A stretch of DNA of 64,000 nucleotides from a virus, in the IMG/VR virus record IMGVR_UViG_3300050139_000358, positions 7,459 to 71,458 of that record; one strand, written 5' to 3'. Below are positions 37,095-49,100 of this stretch, piece by piece. The notes beneath the pieces are model-generated. The model made no database searches, was not told the origin of the DNA, and saw nothing but the letters and a program-made list of their open reading frames with translations. The stretch's first letter is position 1, and the number at the start of each line of letters is the position of its first letter. The translations under genes and the position numbers were made by a program.

Positions 37095-37702
37095 TGGAAT
37101 ACGGAATCATGCCGGGCCGATACCCTGCAATCGTCAAGTCATACAGCCAGGCCAAGCGTACCTGCAGGGTTGAGATTCCCGGCCTGACGGACGGCGGCGA
37201 TGTGATGCCGGAGGCAGAGATTGAGTACCCGATAGGCGATAAGTCAAAGGCTGGAGCGCATTCGACCGAGATTGAAATTGTTCCAGGCGACACAGTTTGG
37301 GTGGCCTTCATTGGCGGTGACCCGCGCTACCCGATCATCACTGGTTGGAGAAACCCGCAAACTGGAAACTCTACCGACTGGCGGCGCTGGCACCATGCGA
37401 ATATGGAACTGCTGGCTGACACGCTGATGAAGCTGATTGCAGGCGGGAATTTTCTCATCAAGTCCGGTGCAACGATTACGGTTGAAGCTGGCGGAGAACT
37501 TAATGTAACGGCAGTTGGAGCAGTTACGGTCAACACAGATGCAGATGCAACCGTGACAGCCAAAGGAAAGGCAACCATTAAGGCTGCTTCAATAGACCTG
37601 AATGCCGGAGCAATGAAAGGACTTGTACAAGGTGATTGCGCCTGTGCCTTTACCGGATTACCTCATGGGCAGGTATCGGCAACGGTTAAGGGGAGCGTGT
37701 AA
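37094..37702 (+). CDS. Baseplate spike protein (gpV/gp5-like)
   Basis: OB-fold GD.VWVAFIGGDPRYPIITG, beta-helix, C-terminal C.FTGLPH. Confidence 0.8.
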   Translation: MEYGIMPGRYPAIVKSYSQAKRTCRVEIPGLTDGGDVMPEAEIEYPIGDKSKAGAHSTEIEIVPGDTVWVAFIGGDPRYPIITGWRNPQTGNSTDWRRWHHANMELLADTLMKLIAGGNFLIKSGATITVEAGGELNVTAVGAVTVNTDADATVTAKGKATIKAASIDLNAGAMKGLVQGDCACAFTGLPHGQVSATVKGSV

Positions 37703-37927
37703 ATGGCAATGACAGCAGCTGGGATGGTGGCGAAGATCAAGGCTGCAAGGGTAAGCCTTCCTGCCTCAGATGGTTCTGCTGCGCAGGCAGCGGCGCAGGC
37801 GGATGCGATGCTGCTGGCGCTATGCACCGGCATCATCAACGAAATAAAAGCCAATTCAGAGCTTGTTCCGGTCAGTACTGATAGCGGGGCGGCAGGATCT
37901 GGAATTGTTGCCGGGAAGGTGATGTAA
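37703..37927 (+). CDS. Small hypothetical protein
   Basis: 74-aa ORF after the spike gene. Confidence 0.6.
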   Translation: MAMTAAGMVAKIKAARVSLPASDGSAAQAAAQADAMLLALCTGIINEIKANSELVPVSTDSGAAGSGIVAGKVM

Positions 37928-37943
37928 TTTTAGGGGATATGGC

Positions 37944-38438
37944 ATGAGCAAAAATCTGTTATTCAGTTTTGAAGAAATGGGCAGCAAAAGCGATGGAGCG
38001 ACAAAGAAGCTGGTGAGCTACTTCTCGCGCGCCGGGAATAATGTGGTACAGGGCGATGTTTCGCCCAGCGTAAAGCGGTCTTCCGGGATCAGCTACCGGG
38101 AAATGACGCTGACCTTCGCCGACTCGCAGAATGTCATCATGCGCATCAAGCAAAGTGGCGATATCTTCCAGGTGCTGCTGAACGGCAAGACGTTACCGAT
38201 CAAGAACCAGGACGATCACGTCAAGGCAATTGCCGAGGTTGCTCAGGCTATGGATGCCGGGCGCACCAAGTTCCAGAAACTGCTTGCCGCCATTAAGACC
38301 AAGCCGCCGGCAGGAATCCTCACGACTGCACCGAGAATGGAACAGGTATTCACTGAAAAGCGTGATGCGCTGAAGTCCGCCATTGCCGCAGTGCGCGAAG
38401 AAATAGCCCGCCTGGCCGTGTCCACAGCGCCAGCGTAA
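37944..38438 (+). CDS. Hdf / DarA-N-domain protein
   Basis: KRSSG.SYRE..LTFADSQ.V...IK.SGDIFQV.LNGK.LP pattern. Directly upstream of the darA-like gene. Confidence 0.6.
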   Translation: MSKNLLFSFEEMGSKSDGATKKLVSYFSRAGNNVVQGDVSPSVKRSSGISYREMTLTFADSQNVIMRIKQSGDIFQVLLNGKTLPIKNQDDHVKAIAEVAQAMDAGRTKFQKLLAAIKTKPPAGILTTAPRMEQVFTEKRDALKSAIAAVREEIARLAVSTAPA

Positions 38439-38440
38439 GC

Positions 38441-38481
38441 GGAAAACCAAACTAAGCCGGAGGGCATGCGCGGCATACCAT
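38441..38481 (+). promoter_or_regulatory. Putative late promoter (GGAAAAC-N28-TACCAT), leaderless start
   Basis: ATG 38488 lies 6 nt after the -10 box, with no RBS. Confidence 0.55.
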
Positions 38482-38487
38482 GCTGTC

Positions 38488-41400
38488 ATGACCTCCGACG
38501 CCACTTTCCTGCATATCGAAACCGCTGCACACGGCGGCGCATTCGGGCATAACCCAATTCCAGAACCGACCGAGGCGCAATGTCAGGCCGGTAACTACAA
38601 GATGGGCCGTGTCAGTCTGTACGGACTGCCTATCGCTATCGAACAGCCGCGCGGAACCTACCGTACCGGGGTTGATGCCAAGACCGGAAAGCGATGGTCA
38701 AGCCGCATGGCGGCGCACTACGGCTATATTTCCGGCACGAAAGGCAACGACGGTGACGGCGTTGACTGCTTCGTCGGCTTCTACCCACAGTCAGAGATTG
38801 CCTATGTAGTTAATCAGAACGTAGGTGGTCGCTTCGATGAACACAAAATCATCCTGGCCTATCCAGACGAAGAGTCTGCACGCCGAGCCTATCAAGATAG
38901 CTACGAACGCGGCTGGAATGGGCTGGAAAGCATCGTCTCCGCATCAATTTCACAACTTAAATGGTGGCTCAAGCATGGCGACATGCGCCAGCCGCTGCGT
39001 GCTGAAAACCTCCCTCACGAAGGACTTGAAACCATGACCAGAAAAACGCAATGGAACAGCGACGCGCTGCCCTACGATCAAACAATTGACCAGGTGCTTT
39101 ACGACATCCGTCGCGCCGATGCCGGAGAAAGCCTGCTGCTTGATTCGGTGAGCATCAAAGACATCATCGAGGACTCTGAGGGTGCGCTGGCGTTCGATGC
39201 TCTGGTAACTCCCTATGCAAAGCTGGAACGCAAGATGGAAGTGCTCAATGGCGTCATGGAGCGCACCGGTCAGGAGGTCAAGCCTGTTGCCATGCAGATC
39301 ACCGACCCGTTCAGGCAGCGCGGTGTAGCGAACGTGGCGGCGATTTTCGAGCTTTCCGACGGTCAAACCGTTTCGATCTACTTCCACAACCCGGATGTGA
39401 CGCCGAACAAGATGGCCGGCACAGATGAGGTCATTTCGTGGAAATGGCTGCTGAACAAGAAGGATATCACCATCGTTGTTGCTCCTGAGCGCGGCGAAGA
39501 CTTGAACATCCGCGAAGTGGCCAGACGCATCATGAAGCTGGCCGAGAAGAACAGCGCGGCATTCCAGCGCGCGAATGGGAGACGCGCAGAGACCATGCAG
39601 CGCATTGAGAGCCTGAAGGAAGAAACGGCCAGCCTTGAAAAGGAACTGGAGAGCGCCCAGCGCGAGCTGGAGGTAGCGAAGCAACAGGCTGAGGACAGTG
39701 CCGTGGCAAACCACTACTCGCAGGTTATCTTGAACAACCTGGTTGAAAGTTTTGGGTGGGCAGTTGCGAGCCCTGGGCAGTCGGTAAAAAAGGACGTTGG
39801 CGGCGGAGAGACGGGCGGCGAGTTGAATCCAACCGGATCGCGTGAGGTTTATGGATCGTTTGATGCTCCCCGTAATCGCTACTTGGCGCTGCAAGTTGGC
39901 TTCGATGAGATTTTCAGCATTGATTGCCGCGACCGGGACACAAAAGAGGTATCTGAGGAATTTGATTCCCGTGTGCGTGATTGGTCGGTCAGTACGGCCA
40001 AGCCTGTTGCGGATGTTGTTGGAGAGACAGCGCAGCAAGTTCCCGCTGAAATTGACCCGACCGGCCCCGAAGGTTACGCCCAAGTGATGGCCGATGAAGC
40101 ACTGCAATTGAAGTGGCAAGATCGCCTTGACGCATTCTTCCAGGGGCGCATCATCGATGTGCGCAACGCATTGCGTGAGCTTGGCTGGAATGATGACGGA
40201 AGTAAGCCGATGCAATCAGGCGCTCTCAAGAAAGGAGAGTACGAGCTTGCCCCGCTGTTCAAACACGTCGGCGCGGGCCGGAATGTCGTCGGAATCAACT
40301 ATGAGATCACGGGTGTTATCGGGTTCTTCATGAGCGATAGCCTCACGCTCACGGCCAATGAGTTAGCGGAGCGAATCAACATGGGGATCCCGGCTAGTCT
40401 TTCCATTCCCGTGGCCGACCTGACCTACCACGATGACGGAATGTTTACCACCTTCCTACCAAACACCAAGGCGGGCGAAGACGCATGGCACGTCATGGCC
40501 GAGAACGATGGGACTGGCAAAGTGCTGACCATCCATGCCGCTGTCGTTATCAGCCAGTTACGCGACAAAGGCTACACCGTAGCTGATAGGCCGACAACCA
40601 GCATGAGCGACATAGCTGATGATGATTTGCTTGCCGAGTTGGCGCAGAAAACTGACGAGCAGGACAAGATTAGCGGGCCCGGCAGTTCAGGTGTCGTTAA
40701 CTACTACGATGCGTCCGACTATGTTGTCGAGCACTTCCTTGGAAAAAAACAGTCCGATGTCATGATTTTCTCGATGATCGACGGTGGAAAGTTGCTCCAA
40801 GCAAAAGCGGCAAAGGACACGAAGTCTGGAATTCCGCGTATGACCGAACAAATGTCAGCGGAGGCGGCTGCACAAAATCCAGACTCAGACGTGTCTGTTT
40901 CGGTATTCCGTTCCGGTGATAACGAAACAGCTTCAAAACTCCTGAAGGCGAAGGGTTTCACCATCGACTACACGCCGAAGCAGGAGCAGGAAGTGACGGC
41001 CCCGGTTGAAGACAAGTCCGCCATCGAGCAGCCCCTGATCGACGCCTACATCAAAGCATGGGGAACTGAGGCAGAGAAGATTAACGCCGCTGTGGCCGCC
41101 GTGAATTGGGACGGTATCACTGACAACACAAGTGCCAGCGCAGAAGAAATGAAGTTGCGCAGCGCGGTGAGCGCGGCGAAGAACATCATTCCGGCGCGTG
41201 ATGCGCTTGAGTCCGCCGGTATCAAAACATGGGACAGCCGCCTTGCCAATATTCCAGAGACGCCTGAGTTCAAGGCGCACAGCGCGGCGATTGGCGCATA
41301 CCGCGCTGCCCAGGACAAGATGCTGGCAGTTGCCAAAGAAAAACTAAGCGAGGCCGGAATTGCGGAACTCGCCGCGCTGCCGGCCGATGCTCCGCTGGAA

Positions 41401-43170
41401 GATGTTGCCAAAGCCATTTACAGGAAGCACGGCATAGACGTTGGAACTCGCAGTGACTTCGTTGCCAAAGTCGTGACAGCCATTCATGAAAAGCAAGCCG
41501 GAATGCTGCGCGACATCCTCGGGAACACAGGTAATGACGCAAGCCAAGAGATTTTCGAGCGCCACACCGGAATGAAGCTCGCAAAAACAAAGCGCGACCG
41601 GCTTGTGCAGATCGATGAATGGCTTGGCATCACACCCGAACAGCGCGCCGAAAAGGATGCTGCCAAAGATGCAGCATGGCAGGCCAGCAAGCTCGAAGAG
41701 GGCGTAAAGGACTCATGGGGCTGGCTGAAGAGCATGAATGTGCGCGATGGTGCTGGAACTATTGACGGGCAGCAATACCTGTTGCGCCAAGCTGCCGATG
41801 GATACAACGAGGTTGGAACAAGTAAGAAGGGCGCGGCCGTAACTTACGGACTGAAGAAAGATAACGCCCTGCGTTACGTTAAAAACAAGAGCTTCAACGC
41901 CTTCCTGAAAGCCGCTCAGGCATTCGGCGGGCTGAAACAGGCGTTTGATTTGGTGGGTGCTGTTGTTCCTGTAGCCGAACCAAAAACGCCAGTGCAGATT
42001 GTGGATGCGGCCTATCAATTCTCCAGCGCGACAGACGAATTCAAGGAATGGCTGGCCGACTCTGTTGCCAAGGAATCGTATTCGCCATTCGTTTCCGCGA
42101 AGGCAATGGATGAGGCATCCCGGCGCAACGGCGCATCAATCGAATGGGGTCTATTCGGCGGGGCGGCCTTGGATGGCGTGAATGAAGATCAGGAAGACAC
42201 GGATGATGAAGTTGATGAAAGCGAAATCGGCGTAACTTTTGAGGCGGAGGATATTGCGCTGGATTCTGTCACCCTGGATGGGATCGACCAAGACGGCTAT
42301 GTCGGCAAGGTAAGCAAGGGTGGCGATACCGTGGGTCGTGTGGATATTGGCGACGACGGCAAGGTAATGGTGTTTGTTGGCGCAACTGGTGATAAGCGCG
42401 TTGTGTTCGCATCCGGTGTTGAAGCGATGTATTCAGATGGGGACGCAGAAATGATGATCGATGCACTTTTCACGGTTGATGCGAATGCGGCTGAAGCTGC
42501 CCAGGTACAGGATAAAAACGACGCCAAGGATGATGTAGCAAAGGCTATGGAAACGCTTCGCCCGTTCATGTCCGTATCGCAGATGAAGGCCGTTTCGGAC
42601 GCAATGCGCGGAGAGGAAAAACAGTTCTTCATCGACAAGATGGTGGAAATGGCCGGGATCATCAGCGCCATGCCAGAGACCTACGGACAGGATGGCAAGG
42701 GCGATGCTGCCATTGCGTATCTGCACTACTTCATGGGCGGCATGGACTGGTATATCACCGAGAAGGATATGGAAGCCGAGCAGTTGCAGGCATTCGGTCT
42801 GGCTGACCTAGGCCATGGTGGCGAGCTTGGTTATATCAGCATCGTTGAGCTGGTGGGCAGTGGCGCAGAGCTGGATTTCCATTTCCAGCAAAAGACTATC
42901 GGCCAGATTACCGGCAAGGGTAGCGATGATGGCGGACAACAGGAAAAGCAGGAAGCAGCGCCCGCAGAAGATCCGCAAATGACTGTCGACCGCGCGCTGT
43001 TCCAGTCAATCATCGACAACACAGTGCCGGATATCCTGGATGCGTCGTACATCGACCAGCTGGAAGCGGCCTACATGCGCCACATCGGAAATGCCGAAAT
43101 GGAGGCGCTGTTTGTGTCCGCCGTGAATGCCTATACCGCAGCAGAGCTTGCCGCGTCAGCCACTCTTTAA
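38488..43170 (+). CDS. darA: Polyvalent DarA-like protein (InPase-like + DarA-N + DUF2958-like domains)
   Basis: PTEAQ..AGNYK.G...HYGYI.GT.G.DGD.VD...FDEHK; FELSDGQTVSI.FH.PD...W.LNKKDIT..VAPE.G; LHYF.GG.DWYITE...GELGYISI.EL. Confidence 0.7.
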   Translation: MTSDATFLHIETAAHGGAFGHNPIPEPTEAQCQAGNYKMGRVSLYGLPIAIEQPRGTYRTGVDAKTGKRWSSRMAAHYGYISGTKGNDGDGVDCFVGFYPQSEIAYVVNQNVGGRFDEHKIILAYPDEESARRAYQDSYERGWNGLESIVSASISQLKWWLKHGDMRQPLRAENLPHEGLETMTRKTQWNSDALPYDQTIDQVLYDIRRADAGESLLLDSVSIKDIIEDSEGALAFDALVTPYAKLERKMEVLNGVMERTGQEVKPVAMQITDPFRQRGVANVAAIFELSDGQTVSIYFHNPDVTPNKMAGTDEVISWKWLLNKKDITIVVAPERGEDLNIREVARRIMKLAEKNSAAFQRANGRRAETMQRIESLKEETASLEKELESAQRELEVAKQQAEDSAVANHYSQVILNNLVESFGWAVASPGQSVKKDVGGGETGGELNPTGSREVYGSFDAPRNRYLALQVGFDEIFSIDCRDRDTKEVSEEFDSRVRDWSVSTAKPVADVVGETAQQVPAEIDPTGPEGYAQVMADEALQLKWQDRLDAFFQGRIIDVRNALRELGWNDDGSKPMQSGALKKGEYELAPLFKHVGAGRNVVGINYEITGVIGFFMSDSLTLTANELAERINMGIPASLSIPVADLTYHDDGMFTTFLPNTKAGEDAWHVMAENDGTGKVLTIHAAVVISQLRDKGYTVADRPTTSMSDIADDDLLAELAQKTDEQDKISGPGSSGVVNYYDASDYVVEHFLGKKQSDVMIFSMIDGGKLLQAKAAKDTKSGIPRMTEQMSAEAAAQNPDSDVSVSVFRSGDNETASKLLKAKGFTIDYTPKQEQEVTAPVEDKSAIEQPLIDAYIKAWGTEAEKINAAVAAVNWDGITDNTSASAEEMKLRSAVSAAKNIIPARDALESAGIKTWDSRLANIPETPEFKAHSAAIGAYRAAQDKMLAVAKEKLSEAGIAELAALPADAPLEDVAKAIYRKHGIDVGTRSDFVAKVVTAIHEKQAGMLRDILGNTGNDASQEIFERHTGMKLAKTKRDRLVQIDEWLGITPEQRAEKDAAKDAAWQASKLEEGVKDSWGWLKSMNVRDGAGTIDGQQYLLRQAADGYNEVGTSKKGAAVTYGLKKDNALRYVKNKSFNAFLKAAQAFGGLKQAFDLVGAVVPVAEPKTPVQIVDAAYQFSSATDEFKEWLADSVAKESYSPFVSAKAMDEASRRNGASIEWGLFGGAALDGVNEDQEDTDDEVDESEIGVTFEAEDIALDSVTLDGIDQDGYVGKVSKGGDTVGRVDIGDDGKVMVFVGATGDKRVVFASGVEAMYSDGDAEMMIDALFTVDANAAEAAQVQDKNDAKDDVAKAMETLRPFMSVSQMKAVSDAMRGEEKQFFIDKMVEMAGIISAMPETYGQDGKGDAAIAYLHYFMGGMDWYITEKDMEAEQLQAFGLADLGHGGELGYISIVELVGSGAELDFHFQQKTIGQITGKGSDDGGQQEKQEAAPAEDPQMTVDRALFQSIIDNTVPDILDASYIDQLEAAYMRHIGNAEMEALFVSAVNAYTAAELAASATL

Positions 43171-43176
43171 GGGAAT

Positions 43177-46100
43177 TTGAACATGAATGCACGAGTGATT
43201 TTTGACGATGCCAGCGCAATGAACGCCCTGGCAAATATGAAGCTGTTGCGCGAGCTGAAGACGGTTAATTCTGACATCGGAAGCTTGGGCGATGGTGCGC
43301 TGGCCGCAATGAAGCGGCTGAAGTTGGCTGCGCGCGCAAAGCAGATCCGCATTGAGCTGGGAGGCAAGGATAAAGCGCAAACGGAGAGTGAACAGGCTGT
43401 GGAAGAAAGCGCTGATTCTGTCAAAAAATCGGCATCAAAGCGCCAGAAGGACAATGACGCCGCAATCGAAGCGCTGCGTAAAGTCAAATCTGGCGAGGCA
43501 GACAGCAAAGACCCTGCCATTCGTGAAGCGCTGAAGGGATACAGCGGCAGCGGTGGAGGCCTGAAAACGGCACAGGGCACATCGGGTAGCCCGCATGAAT
43601 ACTACACGCCTGAACCAGTCGCCAAGGCGATGTGGGACTTGCTGGATGGCCTAGGCTTCACAGGCGGAAAGGTGCTAGACCCAAGCTCTGGCATGGGCGT
43701 GTTCGCGCGCACCAAGCCTGAGAGCGTGGCGATCGAACAGATTGAACTGGATTCCGTCTCGGGTGAAATAAACGGCCTGCTGAACGACAGCGCTACGGTA
43801 TCGACCCGAGTGGCATCCTTTGAGGAAGTCGCCGCCGGGTCTGATGATGAAACCTTTGATGCGGTTGTCACCAATGTCCCGTTTGGCGACAAAGCCATGC
43901 GCGGCGCCCACTGGCGTAAAGACAAAAAGTACCAGAACGCCAATTTGCAGGAATATTTCATCCTGCGCGGCCTGGAGAAGATTCGACCCGGCGGCTTTGC
44001 GGCTTTCATCGTGCCGCCGTCCGTGGTGGCCGGTAAAGGAGGTAAAGGCATCAAGTTGCGCAACTCGGTATCGATGGCAGCAGAGTTCATTGGCGCGTAC
44101 CGCCTTCCCAATATGGTGTTTGACGAAGCCGGTGCGGATACCATCACCGATATCATCATCCTGCGCAAGCACGGTAAGGACAACAAGCTCAAAATTGACG
44201 AGCTGGCGCAGCAAAACGCCGCCATGCTGACCGAGGCGAACGTGATCTGGCCTGACTTTGTGGACGGGAACTACTTCAAGCTCGAAGGAAAGCGCTTTCA
44301 AATCGGAGAAACTACGACTGGGAAAGGCCGCTTTGGCGAGGTCGAAAAGGTCGCGTTCACCGGCACCATTGGTTCTATTGCCGCGTTACTCAAGCCATTC
44401 CCCAAGTCCAGCAGAATCAATTGGGAGCTGCTGGGAGCCGTGGAAACCGCCCCGATCATCTACTCCGAAGGCGATACCCTGTTTTCAGGCGATGCGATGC
44501 TGCAAATGGTGGACGGCAAGCTGGTTCCGGTGGAAGGCAACCTGCAAAACGACGATGTGGAGGCGATCAATCTGATGGCCCAGTTCACGTCACCACTTGA
44601 TGCTATCAACCAGGGATTGACGCTTGAAAACGCCAACCGTGCGCTGGAAAATGAAGAAACATGCGGTCGTTTGGGAAGTGTGCCGCGCTGGATTGTTTCG
44701 GCCCAGCGCGCCGCGAATGCTGCAGTCAAGAATCAGGGTGAATGGTTTGATGCCATCATGGCAGGAATGGCAGTGCAGGAATTCGCCCAGGCAGGCGACA
44801 AGGAGTCGCGCAACTACGCCGAAGCCTACCCGGAACTGAGCAAGGCATTGGCGCGAGTGCAGGGGTATTCCAATAAGCAGGCCGGTATTGGCGGAGAGCT
44901 GGTAGCTGAGGCGCTGCAAAATATCGCCGTGGCACGCAAAAAAGGCGCATTCACTGCCTGGTGGACTGGAAATATTGCCAAGGACGAGGCCGTGGTGCTG
45001 ACTGTCAGCCAGTCCTATGCAAAGATCAAACTGGATAGTGAAGACGATACCGGTTTTGTGCCGGCAGAAGAAATGCGCAAGGCGTTTGCCGACTTCGACC
45101 CGCTCAACGATGACCAGTGGTGCGTATCGCCGGACGGAACCGGGGTAATGAGCGCCGAAGATTACTATTTCGGCAACTATGCCGAGTTCTTGGCCCGCGC
45201 CGAGCAGGACATGGATGATGCGACCGACCCGGAGATCAAGGAGAAGTTGCTGCGCCAGCACGCCAAGGCCAAAGAGCGCATCACGCTGGTTGACCCGTCG
45301 CGTATGCGGTTTTCACTTGAAACTGCGTTTGTGTCACAGGAAGACAAGGCGGAATTCGTCAAGCAGTATGTGTCGGCAGATATTGTTCTGGCTGACGGGA
45401 ATGACGGTAAAAAGACGTTCAAGTACAACGGATCAAACCCCGGCAGCCGAGATTCTGCCGATGCCGTGCGCAACATCAAGACGCTGCGCCGCTTCGCCAT
45501 TTACCTGAACAACAAAACGATCACTACGGGCACTGGCGATAAGGCCACCGATAACCTTCAGGAAGAGCAAGCCCTGCTAGACTCAATCAAGGGAATGGTG
45601 CAATCATCATCCGCGCAGTTTGATGCATGGTGCAAGTCCAATGATGACGTAGTGGGCAGCATCCGCAACAAGCTCAATGCTCCTGAAAACCTGCGCTTTG
45701 TTGAAACCCCAAACTTCGCCCCGGTGGACATCCCAAACTGGAATCCGGCCTGGGTACCGCATGGCTACCAATTCGCCGCCGTGCGCCGGTTCTCCAAGCG
45801 TTTCTCGGGTATTTTGGGGTTTGATGTTGGCCTGGGTAAAACCTTGTCGGCGCTTGCCACCGTCCAATACGCCCAAAGCATCGGGGCCAAAAAGAAAACC
45901 ATCTTCGTTGTCCCCAGCTCGGTACTGACCAACTGGAAAAAGGAAACCGGCAAAGCCTATAAGGACACCGGAGATTGCTTATTTGTTGGCCTGACGGTGG
46001 ATGAGAGCGGCGATGCCAAGTACAGCTCTGGCTCAGTTGATGCCGATCTGAACGTGATCCGCGAAAACCGCCATTCCAAGATTTTCATGACTTACGAGAC

Positions 46101-49100
46101 CCTGATCCGCATTCCGTTGCGCGAAGACACCTTGCAGGGCTACAAAGACTACCTGCTTTCCAATGATGACTCATTCACCAAGGCGGTTGAAGAGGGAGCC
46201 AACGAGAAGACGCGCGACGTAATTTCAGCAGAGCAGGCAGTTGCGGCCGCTCTGGAGTCCGGCAAGAAGTCTGGCAGCGTGCCGTTCTTTGAAGATATGG
46301 GGGTTGATTCGCTGGTAGTGGACGAATGCCACAGCTTCAAGAACTCAAAATCTTTCAGCAGCGAGTTTAAGTCAACCAAGTTCGTCGCAAACCCGAACAG
46401 CTCGCAGCGCGGCATGGATATGCAGGCCAAGTGCTGGTACATCCGTGGCATTACCGGCAGCAATGACGGCATCATGGCGCTGACGGCCACGCCTGTGACC
46501 AATTCGCCAGTAGAGATTTATTCCATGTTGTCGCTGGCCATCGGCGAGAAAGAGCTGAATTCAATGTGCGGCTGCACTGGCGCCGACTCATTCATGATGA
46601 ACACCTGCGACGTAGAGAACCGGGACGAGGATGATCTGACTGGCGCGCCAAAGAATCAGCGCGTGCTCAAGGGTGTTGCCAATCTGGATATTCTGCGCCG
46701 GGTGCTGGACTCGGCGGCCATGATTGAAACACCGGCCACGGTGGCGGCCAAAGGGATCATCATTGAAGTCCCGGAAGCCGAAGAGGTCATGAGCAAAATC
46801 GAGATGTCGCCTGAAGACACGGCCATCCTGAAGGACATCAAGAACGACTATATGGACGCCGCAGCCAAGAAGAAGGCGAAGGCTGCGCTGTCTCAGCGCG
46901 AGGCCATCATGGCATCTCCGTTCAACGCGATCCGCAACATGACCAAGCTGATCACGGACAAAGAACTGTACCAGGGCAGGTTTGCGTTTGGGTTTGACCC
47001 AAAAGAACGGGCCAAGGCTGAATCTGCCGTTGTTACATTCAACAAGCTCAAAATCACGGAAGAGTGCAAGGAATACGAACTCCCGTTCGGGATAGACACC
47101 ACCAGTATGAAGTCGAAGATGGTGATCGACAAGGAATCCGGCAACGAGGCGATGGTATTTTACGTCCCGGTGATGGCTACCATCGAAGGTGGCAAGATCA
47201 TCCTGCCGGCCGTTGACTACAAGACGCATGATCGGTTCATTGCCATTATCGACAAGGCTGGTATCGGGTTAACTGCGCAGGCCAGCCCAAAGACACAGGC
47301 GTTACTGGTAAACCTGAAAAACGAGAATGCTCACCCGCGCTGGAAGCCAGCTAAGCAGATTGTGTTCTGCGACGAACTGGCGCTGCATCACAAACTGAAG
47401 CTGCTGATTGCACATGAAACCGGCATCGCGTCGTCCAAAATCAGCATCGTGAATGCAAAATCGGTATCCCCCGATGAAATTCAGGGTGTGCAGGATGGGT
47501 TCAACGCGAATGAAGACGAAAACCTGTATCAGATCATTATTGCCAACAAAAAGGCCGAGGTCGGTATCAACTTGCAGCAGGGTACGCAAGCCATCCACCA
47601 CCTGACTATCGGCTGGACACCGGATAGCATTCACCAGCGCAACGGGCGCGGCGTGCGCCAGGGCAATAAGGTAGAAACACCGGTGATGATCTACCACTAT
47701 GAGGCCAACGGCACATTTGACGCCTACAAGCGCCGCCTGGTAAGCGTCAAGGGTGACTGGATCAACAGCTTGATGGACAAGGATTCTGAGCACGTTACTA
47801 TCGAAGGCGACTTATCGGCGGAAGATTACGCCCGCATGACCTCTTTAGTTGGTGACTCAAATGCTATGGCCCAGTTCAACGAAGACATGGCGAAAAAGGC
47901 CAAGGCGCAAGTAGCCGACTCGGCCAAGATCATGCAGGTCAATGCAATCTCTGTGGCTCAGGGCCGGAAGAAGTGGCTGGACAAGTACGATGGCGATCAG
48001 GTCGGGTTCACAAACTGGCTGAGAACAAAAAAATCTGCCATGGCCGCGCTCGATTCGGATGCAGCCAAATTGCAGGAGCGTCTGGATAAAACAGAGTCCG
48101 CCGACATGGCAAAACGCTGCGCGACAAAAATTGCTGAATTGCAGAGAAAGCGCCAGGCGATCGCGGATACCATTGTGGGCATCACTATGCCAAGCTATGG
48201 AACCGTCAGCGCAGATAGCGCGCCAGATTCAGTCGCGGCAATCAACTGGAAGAAGGATGTGTCCATCAACCGCAAGATGCTGGAAGAGGCTCAGGCGGCC
48301 TGCGCCATGCGCGCGACGCAAGGATACAATCAGGAAACCATTGCCAAGCTGGATAGCGGAGACGCCATGATCGTAAACGGCAAGATCCTTGCTGAAGGCG
48401 ATTTTGTCATTGCCGATGGCGTGCCGGGATTGATCAATATCAAGCAGGGCAACTACCGCGAAAGCGCCTCACTTCAATTTATCTACTCCGGCAATGGCGA
48501 AATACAGGCGAAACCGATTGCCGGAATGACAATCAACCTGCACGGAACTATCGGCAGCGATGATCGCAGCGAGATACTAAAAATGCTCGTTGAGTTGGAT
48601 GAAACTAGCATTGCGGCCGGCAAAGAAAATCTGTTTGCAAGGTACTCCGGGGATGTGCGCAAGGCATTGCGCACAGCAATTCCTTCGTTGTGGATTCAGA
48701 CAAGGAAGCAGTTCGGTGCGGATGATGACGGCTGGATTGTCGCGCCAAACTTCCCGCTGGTGATGCCGGATGATGCGGAGGGAGAGTTCGCGGCAGCGAT
48801 TCTCAAGGCGCAGCAAGGTATTATTGAGTTCAAATCGATAAACGGCTGGAACCACTCGTTCCGATTCACAGACTCGCGCTTGCAAGGCGAAAGTGCCGGG
48901 CGCACGCCATGGGGCGCAGTTGCAACATGGATGATCGCCAACGGCAAGACGATGACGGTCACGGAGCTTGATCACCTTTCAGGAGACGGCGAGTTTGTGC
49001 GCGAGTTCTCCGAAGCCTTTGTGGCTGGGATGCCGGGCATGATCGAAAAATCTTCCAACATCACAGAGTTTGATGTGGCGATGACTGGCTGGGCAAAATC

